From a candidate division WOR-3 bacterium (lineage in GTDB: Bacteria; Hydrothermota; Hydrothermia; UBA1063; CAJXJZ01): a stretch of DNA of 64,000 bases. Each line of letters opens with the position of its first letter. Within the stretch, counting starts at the first letter, position 1. The stretch covers positions 7,609-71,608 of the forward strand of contig JALSNX010000028.1 in the NCBI GenBank assembly GCA_026986775.1, written 5' to 3'. The notes under the pieces were generated by a model, which saw only the letters and a list, made by a program, of their open reading frames with translations, had not been told where the DNA came from and searched no databases. Of the stretch, positions 53,651-63,314 are shown in pieces. Both the position numbers and the translations under genes were made by a program.

Positions 53651-54897
53651 CAGAGCCTTTCCCTTATATATTCATTCAGTTCTTTCTTAACATCTTCATC
53701 AATACTCCGTTCAAAGGGTAACATGTCAGCATTACCTACAAATTCAATCAATTTACGGGATGCCTCAAAGTGTTTTAATAATCCTTCATACCTGTAATAA
53801 TAGCCTCTATCGTTTTCCGTGTGTATGTGGACTGTGGCACGTCCCTTAACTCTTGCAAGGTTAATAAAAGGTACACCATTTTTCGCAAAGGGTATGCTGT
53901 CACTTGAATATATGCCTTTCTTTAAGTCAACAAAAATTCCCGCTTCTTTCAGCACAGAAGATGCCATATTCAAAAGTCCCTGTGAGCCTGTAACACGGCC
54001 TGTAAGTATACCTATCGGGTCTCCTCCAACATCAAGATTAAGACCCATCACAACATTTTTTATGAAATCAGCATGTTTTTCAGCATAAGCAAGGGAACCT
54101 GTAAGCCCCCACTCTTCTCCAGAGAAGAAAACAAACCTCAGGTTGCGACATACAGGATGGTCCTTAAAATATTTCAAAAGAGCAAACATGGTTGCAACTC
54201 CTGCTCCATTATCAGAAAACCCCGGCGAATATGGGACGGTATCATAATGCCCCGTAATCAAAATGGTCTCCTCTGTATCAGCGATCCCGTGAATACTAAC
54301 CTCAATATTATGCCCTTTTGTCTTAAATGTCTTTCCTTCTCCCTTCATAACAACCGTTTTCCCCACAAAGTTAAGAAGATAAACTGCATCGTCATATTTT
54401 ATGGAACAGGCGGGCAATACATTATTTTCCTTAATGGCCTTCTGCCTCAAATGAAGCGAAGGAAGTTCCTTATCGGGTAACTGGACCACAATAAAACCTC
54501 TGCAACCCCGCTTTTTCAGTGAAACTGTATGTCCGTATTTTGGGGATACTGCAAACATGCAGATACTGTCTTCGAGATTATTTTTTACGGAAAGTGCTTC
54601 TTCAGGATGGTCAAAGTACAAAAGCGTTCCCTCAATTTCATAGGGTACACTCAGCCCAAAAGGCCTTATCTCCATTTCCTTATCGCCTGCCCTTATCTTC
54701 CCTCTGAGCCCTGTGGAAATATAGAGTTCAAACTCCTCTTTTTTAAATGATACACCTATTTTTTCAAGATACTTTCTAAATACAAGAACCGCCCTTTCCT
54801 CTGTTTCTGTCCCTGCAATACGCTCACCTTCAAGTTCCCTGAGAAGGGAAAGGGCGGTCTCTATATAGTCTTTATTTTGCTTTTTTTCCGTACTCAA
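53650..54897 (-). CDS. M28-family metallopeptidase (aminopeptidase-like) with inserted PA-type domain
   Basis: 415 aa; GHYDTVPYSPGFSDNGAGVA and FFSGEEWGLTGS zinc-ligand motifs. Confidence 0.8.
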   Translation of the reverse strand: MSTEKKQNKDYIETALSLLRELEGERIAGTETEERAVLVFRKYLEKIGVSFKKEEFELYISTGLRGKIRAGDKEMEIRPFGLSVPYEIEGTLLYFDHPEEALSVKNNLEDSICMFAVSPKYGHTVSLKKRGCRGFIVVQLPDKELPSLHLRQKAIKENNVLPACSIKYDDAVYLLNFVGKTVVMKGEGKTFKTKGHNIEVSIHGIADTEETILITGHYDTVPYSPGFSDNGAGVATMFALLKYFKDHPVCRNLRFVFFSGEEWGLTGSLAYAEKHADFIKNVVMGLNLDVGGDPIGILTGRVTGSQGLLNMASSVLKEAGIFVDLKKGIYSSDSIPFAKNGVPFINLARVKGRATVHIHTENDRGYYYRYEGLLKHFEASRKLIEFVGNADMLPFERSIDEDVKKELNEYIRERL

Positions 54898-55402
54898 AGA
54901 GGCAACCTGCTTTCAGAATTTCAACCTGTACCATGGACGGTTTCTTACACTGAAGTTCTGCACCGTCTTCCTTTCTGATAATGCCATTTTCAAAATCAAG
55001 TTCCACGATTTCACCATGACTGAGTTTGCCTTCCTTTATATAGTCCTCAATAAGGGGACATTCTACAATGGGAAATGCAGAATTTATCGCATTTCTCTTG
55101 AAAATTGCTCCAAATGACGGTGCAATTATGCACCCTGTGCCGAGAGCGCGGAAACAGTCAACCGCATGCTGTCTTGAGGAGCCTGCACCAAAATTGTGTC
55201 CTGCTATTATTATATCGTTTTTCTGAGCAAGTTGTGGATAATTTTCGTATCCTTCAAGATTCCCAAGACAGTATTTGCCCATTTCCTTTATGTCAGTTAT
55301 GTGAAGATACATGTTGTGATAAATCTGGTCAGTGTCAATATCTTTAATCAGATTGCCCTCTTTATCTTTAAGAATAAATACTCTGCCCTTTATTTTCATC
55401 AC
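54872..55402 (-). CDS. leuD: 3-isopropylmalate/homoaconitate dehydratase small subunit (LeuD-type), copy 1
   Basis: 176 aa; DIDTDQI..., AGHNFGAGSSRQHA; 4-nt overlap with leuC. Confidence 0.85.
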   Translation of the reverse strand: MMKIKGRVFILKDKEGNLIKDIDTDQIYHNMYLHITDIKEMGKYCLGNLEGYENYPQLAQKNDIIIAGHNFGAGSSRQHAVDCFRALGTGCIIAPSFGAIFKRNAINSAFPIVECPLIEDYIKEGKLSHGEIVELDFENGIIRKEDGAELQCKKPSMVQVEILKAGCLFEYGKKAK

Positions 55403-56652
55403 AAAACCTCCCTTGGGTCGGTTATTCTTCCTGTTATGGCAGATGCTGCAGCAACCTCAGGGCTAACAAGGTATGTCTCACCTTTTCCCTGTTTTCCGGG
55501 GAAGTTCCTGTTGGAGGTATTCAGTGAAACCTCACCCTCTCCTGTCATTCCGGGATGTCCCTGTGCACAACCAGCACATGAGGGGTTTGTGATAATGGCA
55601 CCCATGTCAAATAAATCCTGAAGAATCCCTTTCTCCATGAGTTTTTTATAGGCCCTTCTTGTTGCAGGTGTAATGGATAAAATCACTCCGTCCTTTATCT
55701 TCTTTCCTTTAAGTATTTTCCATGCGCTTTCAATGTCCTCCTCACGACCATTTGTGCAGGAACCTATGTAAATCATATCCACCTTAACATCTTTTAACTC
55801 GGACACAGGAAAAACATTATGCGGATGTGGAGGCGCCGCCACCTGGCTCTCAAGTCCGCTCACATCAATCTCTATTTCTTTTTCATACTCTGCATCTGTG
55901 TCCGCATAGAATACCTCAAAGTCATCCCTGCCTGTAAATGCTTTAACTTCTTCAACGGTTTTTTCTGTAAAAGGCACATATCCTATTATCCCACCCATCT
56001 CCGTTACCATGGATAAAAGGGTAATCCTTCCATAAAGTGGAAGGCTTTCAACTGCATCTCCGTAAAATTCTATCGCCCTTCCGAGTGCAAATTCTGTTTT
56101 TATGTGCTTCAGTATGTAAAGCGTCAGGTCTTTTGCGGTTGTAGGGTATTCAAAAGACCCCTTTATATTGATTTTAACCGTCTTAGGCACCTCAAACCAT
56201 GTTTTACCTGTCTTAAAGACAAATGTTATATCTACATCTCCCATGCCCTGACCGAAAGCACCAATAGCACCCACTATGTTATAGTGGCTGTCCGTTCCAA
56301 CTGCTGTTTTCCCCGGCAGAATATGGCCTTCTTCCATAAGGACATGGGTTCCTATACCGTATCCAACATCATATACCTTTATTCCCTGCTCCCTGGCAAA
56401 CCTGCGGCATAAGGATTGATTTATTGCATACTTTATGGTCTTTGCAGGTGCAACGAGGTCAAATGTAAAGAATGTCTTTTTGGGATTATCTACGGGCTCT
56501 GAATCGTAGTGTTCTTTATAGTGTTTTACGACATTGGGGCCGCCAAAGTCTCTCGCACTTCTCACATCAATATCAAGCCATATAATATTGCCCGGCTTGA
56601 CCTCATCTTTTGAATGTGAAGAAAGTATCTTCTCTACAATGGTCTTACCCAT
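55399..56652 (-). CDS. leuC: 3-isopropylmalate/homoaconitate dehydratase large subunit (short, archaeal-type LeuC)
   Basis: 417 aa; aconitase-family motifs GTDSHY, IGSCTNGR, NPSCAGCAQGH (Fe-S Cys ligands). Confidence 0.9.
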   Translation of the reverse strand: MGKTIVEKILSSHSKDEVKPGNIIWLDIDVRSARDFGGPNVVKHYKEHYDSEPVDNPKKTFFTFDLVAPAKTIKYAINQSLCRRFAREQGIKVYDVGYGIGTHVLMEEGHILPGKTAVGTDSHYNIVGAIGAFGQGMGDVDITFVFKTGKTWFEVPKTVKINIKGSFEYPTTAKDLTLYILKHIKTEFALGRAIEFYGDAVESLPLYGRITLLSMVTEMGGIIGYVPFTEKTVEEVKAFTGRDDFEVFYADTDAEYEKEIEIDVSGLESQVAAPPHPHNVFPVSELKDVKVDMIYIGSCTNGREEDIESAWKILKGKKIKDGVILSITPATRRAYKKLMEKGILQDLFDMGAIITNPSCAGCAQGHPGMTGEGEVSLNTSNRNFPGKQGKGETYLVSPEVAAASAITGRITDPREVL

Positions 56653-56653
56653 C

Positions 56654-57772
56654 TTACAACCTCTCGGCTATGGCCTTTGCCACATCAAGGGTTGAGGCAT
56701 CACCACCCATATCATAGGTTCTGACCTTACCCTCTTTTATAACTTCCGCCACAGCATTTTCGAGCCTCTTTGCCATATCAAGTTCACCAAGGTAATCAAG
56801 CATTAGTTTAGTGGCAAGAATCATTGCAATGGGATTAACCTTATATTGACCTGCATATTTCGGCGCTGAACCATGAGTGGGCTCAAAAAGACCAAAATTA
56901 TCACCTATGTTACCCGCTGCTGCAAATCCAAGGCCTCCAATAAGTTGTGACGAAAGGTCGCTTATAATATCTCCAAATAGGTTTTCAGCTACAAGAACAT
57001 CATACTCTGTGGGCTTCTTTACAAGCCACATGGCCATTGCATCAACATTCGCCTCTTCATACTCAATATCAGGATACTCCTTTGCTATTTCCCTTGCTAT
57101 CCTTACTGTAAGTCCACCTGTTTCACGCAACACATTGGGTTTTTCAACGAGTGTGACCTTCTTTCTTCCGTGTTTTTTTGCATACTCAAAGGCAGCCTTT
57201 ATTATTCTATACATGCCCTTCTTTGTTGTAATCCTTGTGGACACTGCTATTTCGTCTGCCGGGATATCTTTAAACCTTTCCATATTCTTATTGTGTTTCA
57301 AAAATGCCTCCCTTACCTCATCGGGAAGCGGATAGAACTCCACACCAGCATACATGCCTTCTGTGTTTTCCCTGAAAATCACAAGGTCAATACCCTCTTT
57401 TATTACAAGGGGATTGCCCTCATAGGCCTTTGCAGGCCTTAAGTTTATGTAAAGGTCAAATAGTTGTCTTAATTTAACGATGGGAGAGAAATATACATAG
57501 CCCTTTCCCTGAAGTTCAGGCGAAAGTTCCTTTTGTGCATCGTCTTTGGGCTTTGATGTTATCGCACCAAAAAGGCACGCATCGGATTTTTTGAGTAGTT
57601 CAACCGTTCTGTCGGGCAGGGGATTTCCCTCTTTCTTCCAGAACTCCCATCCGACATCTCCGTAAGTATATTCTGCATCAAGATTTAATTTATCAAGGAC
57701 AATCATTGCAGCATCCATCACATCCTTTCCAATGCCATCTCCGGGCAAAACTGCAATCCTGTATTTTGCCAT
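56654..57772 (-). CDS. leuB: isopropylmalate/homoisocitrate/isocitrate dehydrogenase-family beta-decarboxylating dehydrogenase
   Basis: 372 aa; IAVLPGDGIGKDV, NLFGDIISDL, HGSAPKYAG. Confidence 0.85.
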   Translation of the reverse strand: MAKYRIAVLPGDGIGKDVMDAAMIVLDKLNLDAEYTYGDVGWEFWKKEGNPLPDRTVELLKKSDACLFGAITSKPKDDAQKELSPELQGKGYVYFSPIVKLRQLFDLYINLRPAKAYEGNPLVIKEGIDLVIFRENTEGMYAGVEFYPLPDEVREAFLKHNKNMERFKDIPADEIAVSTRITTKKGMYRIIKAAFEYAKKHGRKKVTLVEKPNVLRETGGLTVRIAREIAKEYPDIEYEEANVDAMAMWLVKKPTEYDVLVAENLFGDIISDLSSQLIGGLGFAAAGNIGDNFGLFEPTHGSAPKYAGQYKVNPIAMILATKLMLDYLGELDMAKRLENAVAEVIKEGKVRTYDMGGDASTLDVAKAIAERL

Positions 57773-57773
57773 T

Positions 57774-58283
57774 TTATGCCTCCCTTTTAATTTTTTCCTT
57801 TACATAGTTTATGAGTCCGCCTGCTTCAACTATTTTTAAAACCTCTTCGGGTAAAGGCGGAAATGTAAATGTCTTTCCTCTCACCCTTATCTCGTTTTTT
57901 TCTGTATCTATCTCCACCTCGTCATTATCTTCTATAAAATCTGCCGCTTCCTTTTGCTCAATAACGAGAAGACCATTGTTTATGGCATTTCTAAAATAAA
58001 TCCTTGCAAAGGATTTTGCTATGACCGCCTTTATACCCGCATATACAAGGCTCGTTACAGCCTGTTCACGGGAAGACCCCATACCAAAGTTTCTACCTGC
58101 AACAATGATTTTCCTCTCTTTCACCTTATTCTGAAATTCTGGGTCAATGTCTTCCATGGCGTGCTTCGCCATCTCATCAGGTTCCATAATTGCGTAGGTG
58201 TATCTTCCCGGAAATATTACATCTGTATTAACTCCATCACCGTATTTTATAACCCTGCTCTTTATTATTTTCTCCATATACAA
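57774..58283 (-). CDS. 3-isopropylmalate/homoaconitate dehydratase small subunit (LeuD-type), copy 2
   Basis: 169 aa; GVNTDVIFPGRYTYAI, AGRNFGMGSSREQA; clearly diverged from copy 1. Confidence 0.85.
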   Translation of the reverse strand: MYMEKIIKSRVIKYGDGVNTDVIFPGRYTYAIMEPDEMAKHAMEDIDPEFQNKVKERKIIVAGRNFGMGSSREQAVTSLVYAGIKAVIAKSFARIYFRNAINNGLLVIEQKEAADFIEDNDEVEIDTEKNEIRVRGKTFTFPPLPEEVLKIVEAGGLINYVKEKIKREA

Positions 58284-58330
58284 ACTCCTTTTTTGACAGA
58301 TTAAGTATAAAGTTTCTACTGTGAACCCGC

Positions 58331-58999
58331 TTATACATCATTTTTTTCCATATTTTTGACACATATTTTTGGACAATAATCCCTTAGGGGACATATGTCA
58401 CACTTTGGTCTTATTGGTCTGCAAATGGTCTGGCCAAGGGATACAAGCATATCGTTGTATTCTATCCACCATTTTTTGGGCAAAATCTTTCTGAGTTCCA
58501 TCTCTGTTTCAAACGGCGTCTTTGTCTTCACAATACCAAGTCTATTGGAAATTCTATGTACGTGAGTATCAACGCATATGCCTAATTTTCCATATCCCAG
58601 TGTTATTACAAGGTTTGCTGTTTTCCTGCCAACACCGGGAAGTTTTAAGAGTTCGTCAAGGTCATCTGGAACTCTGCCGTTGTATTCTTTTAACAAAATC
58701 TCCGAAATTTTCTTTATGTTCTTTGCCTTTGTCCTGTAAAATCCCACGGGATAAATGAGTTTCTCTATTTCTTTTTCTGATAACCTTACCATTTTCTGTG
58801 GTGTGTCCGCCACCTTAAAGAGCCTTTCTGCTGCCTTATGCGTTGTTTTATCCTGTGTCCTCAGGCTCAAAACAGTTGATATTAATATTTTATACGGGTC
58901 ATTTGTGCGCTCTTTGATGAGCGTTACAACGGGGGCATTCCATTTTTTGTATTCTCTTTGAAGTATACTGAGAACCTTTTCAAGTGTATCTAAATCCAT
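58331..58999 (-). CDS. nth: endonuclease III
   Basis: 222 aa; Hh[16 protein letters not shown], catalytic region VDTHVHR, 4Fe-4[18 protein letters not shown]. Confidence 0.93.
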   Translation of the reverse strand: MDLDTLEKVLSILQREYKKWNAPVVTLIKERTNDPYKILISTVLSLRTQDKTTHKAAERLFKVADTPQKMVRLSEKEIEKLIYPVGFYRTKAKNIKKISEILLKEYNGRVPDDLDELLKLPGVGRKTANLVITLGYGKLGICVDTHVHRISNRLGIVKTKTPFETEMELRKILPKKWWIEYNDMLVSLGQTICRPIRPKCDICPLRDYCPKICVKNMEKNDV

Positions 59000-60609
59000 T
59001 AACCTTCTCTTGATGCAGGAATCTTCAAAATCTGGCCTGGCTTTATCCTTGTTGTCACAAGGTTGTTGACCCTTTTAAGTGCTCTTACAGATACTCCAAC
59101 CTTTCTGGCTATTTTCCAGAGAGTATCCCCCCTTTTTACCCTGTAAAACATACCATTCGCCCTTTTACGGCCTTTCCTTTTTGCATATTTCTGTGATTTC
59201 GTTCCATGCGGAACTTTTAAAACCTGTCCCATCTTTATCCTTGAAGTTCTAAGACCATTCAATCTCTTGAGAGTTCTTACAGTAGTATTGTACTGTTTTG
59301 CTATACTCCAGAGAGTTTCCCCTTCTCTTACAACATGATATCCTTTACCTCTTTTAACTTTATCAGAAGACTTTCTTGCATACCTCGCCCTGGTTCCGGA
59401 ACCTACAGGTATTACAAGTATCTGTCCTGGCCTTAAGTACCTTGCATTTCTGATACGATTTGCTTTTTTCAGGGCATAAACGCTCACTCCATACTTCCTT
59501 GCTATCTTCCACAGACTCTCACCGCGTCTTACCCTGTGAGCAAGCGCTCTATACCACTTCTTTCTGGGTGTCCTCTTCATTCTCGCATAGAATACTTTTT
59601 TCCGCCCTTTTGGAACCCTTACAGCAAAGTTCTTGAGATATGGAGGAGTCGCCCATCTTATAAAAGATGGATTAAGTTTTTTAAATTCCCTCACTGATAT
59701 ACCGGCCCACTTTGCAAGCAATGAAATATTCACCTGTCTTGGAACATAAACTGTGTCAAATAAAGGAGCATATTTCTCGTCTGGCATAACAATATTTGTA
59801 TTAAATTTCTCGGGATTGTTTATTACGAGAGCAAGAGCCAGAAATTTGGGGACATATTCCCGGGTTTCCCTTCTAAGATACCTCTTAAGGTCAAAAAAGT
59901 CATCACCGCCAGAACGTCTTAGAGCACGAAGAACTCTACCCTCTCCTGCGTTATACGCTGCAAGTGCAAGGTCCCAGCTTCCAAACATACTGTAAAGGTC
60001 TTTAAGGTACCTGATGGCTGCGTCAGTTGACTTATAAGGGTCAAGACGCTCATCTATCCACCAGTCAACACGCAGGCCATATTTCCTTGCCGTACTCCTC
60101 ATAAACTGCCATATGCCCCTTGCTCTCATTCTTGAAAGTGCATTGTGCCTGAAAGCACTTTCAATAATTGGCAAATAGGCAATTGCCTCGGGCATACCCT
60201 CCTCTCTCAACCTCCTCTTGATATAAGGAAGATAGGGCGCCCCCCTTTTGAGTCTCGCGTTTATTTTCACATTGGCATGTCTTGCAAAATAAAGAGCCCA
60301 TTTCATTACCTCTCTTCGGGTATATGCATCTTCAGGTAAACCAAGTTCCAGAAGTTCCTTTTTATACTGTTCCCTTACATGTTCGTAAACAGAATCCACA
60401 TACTGAGTTGCAAATTCTTCTTTTACGGCATCGTAGCTTTCAAAAAGCCCATCGTAGAGGTCTTCTATATAAAATTCCGGAGCCTGTGGCTTTTTTAGCG
60501 GTTTTACTGCATAGTATAAGTTTTTAGGAGATGTGTATATGGCACATGAATTTATGAGCAGGAAGACGCTAAACAGCAGGATGCGAATATAATTTTTAGA
60601 ATTCTTCAT
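58999..60609 (-). CDS. lytic murein transglycosylase (SLT domain, MltD-like) with three C-terminal LysM repeats
   Basis: 536 aa; [23 protein letters not shown] (SLT catalytic Glu-Ser); LysM units [18 protein letters not shown]..., [18 protein letters not shown]..., [18 protein letters not shown]... Confidence 0.88.
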   Translation of the reverse strand: MKNSKNYIRILLFSVFLLINSCAIYTSPKNLYYAVKPLKKPQAPEFYIEDLYDGLFESYDAVKEEFATQYVDSVYEHVREQYKKELLELGLPEDAYTRREVMKWALYFARHANVKINARLKRGAPYLPYIKRRLREEGMPEAIAYLPIIESAFRHNALSRMRARGIWQFMRSTARKYGLRVDWWIDERLDPYKSTDAAIRYLKDLYSMFGSWDLALAAYNAGEGRVLRALRRSGGDDFFDLKRYLRRETREYVPKFLALALVINNPEKFNTNIVMPDEKYAPLFDTVYVPRQVNISLLAKWAGISVREFKKLNPSFIRWATPPYLKNFAVRVPKGRKKVFYARMKRTPRKKWYRALAHRVRRGESLWKIARKYGVSVYALKKANRIRNARYLRPGQILVIPVGSGTRARYARKSSDKVKRGKGYHVVREGETLWSIAKQYNTTVRTLKRLNGLRTSRIKMGQVLKVPHGTKSQKYAKRKGRKRANGMFYRVKRGDTLWKIARKVGVSVRALKRVNNLVTTRIKPGQILKIPASREG

Positions 60610-60612
60610 TGA

Positions 60613-61095
60613 TTAAAACTTATAGCCTATCTTTCTCAGAAACTCTTTTCTCTTTTCTGTATCCTCCTTACCTTCAACACCAAGGGGCATCTGGCCATCA
60701 ACTACACCTAAAACTGCTCTGCCCAATTCTGTTTCAGCCACTATTACCTCCATGGGATTTGCAGATGCAGCAAAGATCCTTACAACTTCATCTACATCCT
60801 TTATTTTACGGAGCACGTTAATGGGATAGGCATTCTCAAGAATTATGACAAATAGATGTCCTGCTCCGATATTCTTCGCATTTTCTATTGCAAGAGTTTC
60901 AAGTTTCTCATCTGTTCCAGAATGCCTTACAAGCCTCGGACCTGATGCTTCACAGAAGGCAAGACCAAACTTTATACCCGGCACTGTGGTTACAAGTGCC
61001 TCATGAATATCCTCCACGGTCTTTATAAAATGGCTTTGACCTATAATTACATTATGTTCGGGTTCCTTTTTTACTTCAATGACCTTTATTTCCAT
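60613..61095 (-). CDS. adenosine-specific kinase family (PF04008-like) protein
   Basis: 160 aa; N-terminus ...NVIIGQSHFIKTVEDIHEALV... and overall size match my recollection of this small family; function is weakly established. Confidence 0.6.
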   Translation of the reverse strand: MEIKVIEVKKEPEHNVIIGQSHFIKTVEDIHEALVTTVPGIKFGLAFCEASGPRLVRHSGTDEKLETLAIENAKNIGAGHLFVIILENAYPINVLRKIKDVDEVVRIFAASANPMEVIVAETELGRAVLGVVDGQMPLGVEGKEDTEKRKEFLRKIGYKF

Positions 61096-61136
61096 CCCAA
61101 ACCTCCCTTTTATATCATTATAAAGTTTCCATTATT

Positions 61137-61152
61137 TTGACCGTTCGGTCAA
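61137..61152. repeat. perfect palindrome TTGACCG-TT-CGGTCAA between the DMT transporter stop and the next gene
   Basis: 7-bp arms, 2-nt centre, 3 nt after the stop at 61156; no convincing U-tract follows on the minus strand. Confidence 0.6.
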
Positions 61153-61155
61153 GCA

Positions 61156-62043
61156 TTACACCCGCTTTTGCTTATCAGTCAACGACGTATGGAGTTGAGA
61201 TACTATCATCCCGACAACCATAAGGACCCCACCAGTAATTTCACGCCCTGTAAACCGCTCAGATAGCATAACATAACCAGCCAGAGCAGCAAAAACACTT
61301 TCAAGACTTAAAATAATTGCGGCATGGGAGTGATGTGTAAACTTCTGGGCCACAACCTGTAGAGTGTATGCCACACCAGAGGAAAGAACGCCTGCATAAA
61401 GCACATATACCATGGCGTTTTTTATATTTGAAAGTCCTGTATGTTCAAACACAAAGACAAGTGGAAGACTTAAAAGAGATGTGGTAAGAAATTGAATAAG
61501 AGACAGGCTGAATGGGTCTCCATGGGTGGTATAACTGTCTATAAGAAGAACGTGGACTGTCCAGCAAAGGGAGCCAAGAAACACTAAAAAATCACCTTTT
61601 TCCATATTGAAGTCGGCTTTTATGGAAAGTAAATACAATCCCACAAGTGCCAGCAAAGCACCTGCAAAATGCCCTGCCACAGATTTTTTACCGACAAACA
61701 TACCTGCAATGGGCACGAAAACAACATAGAGACCCGTAATAAACCCCGCCTTTCCTGCGGTCGTGTATACAAGCCCCCACTGCTGGAAGGTTATGGCAGT
61801 AAACAGCGCAAGCCCCATAAAAAAGCCGCCTGTTATATGAGCTTTGTTAAAAACAAATCCATCTTTTCTATAAAACACCCCCTTAAACAGAAGCACAACA
61901 AAGGCTCCCATTAAAAACCTCAGTGCATTGAATGCAAACGGCCCTATATAATTCATCCCAATACGCTGGGCTACGAATGTGGTACCCCATATAAAGGCCG
62001 CAAGAAGCATCATAAGATCACCATGGGTACTTCTGGATTTCAT
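61156..62043 (-). CDS. DMT-superfamily (EamA-type) transporter
   Basis: 295 aa, ten hydrophobic segments in two EamA-like halves. Confidence 0.85.
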   Translation of the reverse strand: MKSRSTHGDLMMLLAAFIWGTTFVAQRIGMNYIGPFAFNALRFLMGAFVVLLFKGVFYRKDGFVFNKAHITGGFFMGLALFTAITFQQWGLVYTTAGKAGFITGLYVVFVPIAGMFVGKKSVAGHFAGALLALVGLYLLSIKADFNMEKGDFLVFLGSLCWTVHVLLIDSYTTHGDPFSLSLIQFLTTSLLSLPLVFVFEHTGLSNIKNAMVYVLYAGVLSSGVAYTLQVVAQKFTHHSHAAIILSLESVFAALAGYVMLSERFTGREITGGVLMVVGMIVSQLHTSLTDKQKRV

Positions 62044-63306
62044 TTAAATGGGTTCTCCTACTGGCGTTGCACCTATAACATCCACAATTTTGACTTCAAG
62101 AATTTCACCTTCAGGGATATTTTTATTGACAACAACGGTTATATTACCCCTTGTCTTTCCCCTTGAAAGGTCAGGATTCTTTTTAGAATGCCCGTCAATC
62201 ATAATTTCGTATGTCCTGCCAATCATCTTTTTTCTTTTTTCTGTCACTATCCTCTGAACGGTATCAACCAGCAATCTGTGTCTTTTTACTGCTATATCCC
62301 TTGGAATCTGAGTTTTATATCTATAATAAGCAGAAGACGGCTTCCTTGGAGAATAGATAAACATATATGCATAGTCAAACTGAACTTCTTTTACTATTCT
62401 CAGCGTATCCTCAAAATCTTCTTCTGTCTCTGTGGGATATGCAACCATGATATCTGTTGAAATTACTATATCAGGCACCATTTTCCTTGCCGTATTAACA
62501 ATGTATAAATACTCTTCAGTGGTATATCCTCGCCGCATTTCCTTTAAAAGCCGCGTGGACCCGGTTTGCAGAGGAAGATGTAACCACGGCATAATATTTT
62601 CATAACGGGCCATAACATCAAATACAGCGGGCGATATATCCCGGGGGTGCGAAGTGGTAAATCTTATCCTCCTTACACCCAGACGTGCCACTTTATCAAG
62701 CAGGTCTTTAAAATCAACCCCTTCATGAAAATAGGAATTTACATTCTGTCCTATTAGCGTTATCTCAATGGTTCCCCTTTTTGTAAGGTTCTCTACTTCC
62801 TCCAGAATATCTTTTGCAGAGCGGGACTTTTCCCTACCCCTTGTAAATGGCACAACACAGTAAGAACAGAAGTTGTCACATCCTGTCATTATAGTAACAT
62901 ACTCCGAGAAAGATACTTCCATTCTATCTTTTGCATACCTGTAGAATCTATCCCTGTGCTTTGAATAATCCGTGAATGCACCATGTTTTCCAATAAGGGT
63001 TCCAATATCATCGTAATCCATGGGACCTATTACAAGGTCACTGAATGCTAAAAGTGCATCTTTATCCTTCTGTGCAAGGCATCCCGCCGCTATAACAAAC
63101 TTTCCTCTGTGCTTATAGTATTTCAAAAGTTCTATCTCTTTATTCTCAGGCTTCTCTCTGACAACACAACCATTTATTATCACTATATCTGCTTTTTCAG
63201 GTGAATCAGTTAACAAAAAACCCTCCTTCTGCAACATATTCCTGATTATAAGGGAATCATATTCATTCATCTGGCAACCAAAGGTTATAATATGGAAAGT
63301 CTTCAT
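62044..63306 (-). CDS. miaB: tRNA methylthiotransferase, MiaB-type radical SAM enzyme
   Basis: 420 aa; MKTFHIITFGCQMNEYDS, radical-SAM CDNFCSYC, C-terminal TRAM-like segment. Confidence 0.88.
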   Translation of the reverse strand: MKTFHIITFGCQMNEYDSLIIRNMLQKEGFLLTDSPEKADIVIINGCVVREKPENKEIELLKYYKHRGKFVIAAGCLAQKDKDALLAFSDLVIGPMDYDDIGTLIGKHGAFTDYSKHRDRFYRYAKDRMEVSFSEYVTIMTGCDNFCSYCVVPFTRGREKSRSAKDILEEVENLTKRGTIEITLIGQNVNSYFHEGVDFKDLLDKVARLGVRRIRFTTSHPRDISPAVFDVMARYENIMPWLHLPLQTGSTRLLKEMRRGYTTEEYLYIVNTARKMVPDIVISTDIMVAYPTETEEDFEDTLRIVKEVQFDYAYMFIYSPRKPSSAYYRYKTQIPRDIAVKRHRLLVDTVQRIVTEKRKKMIGRTYEIMIDGHSKKNPDLSRGKTRGNITVVVNKNIPEGEILEVKIVDVIGATPVGEPI

Positions 63307-63314
63307 TTAAAAAA

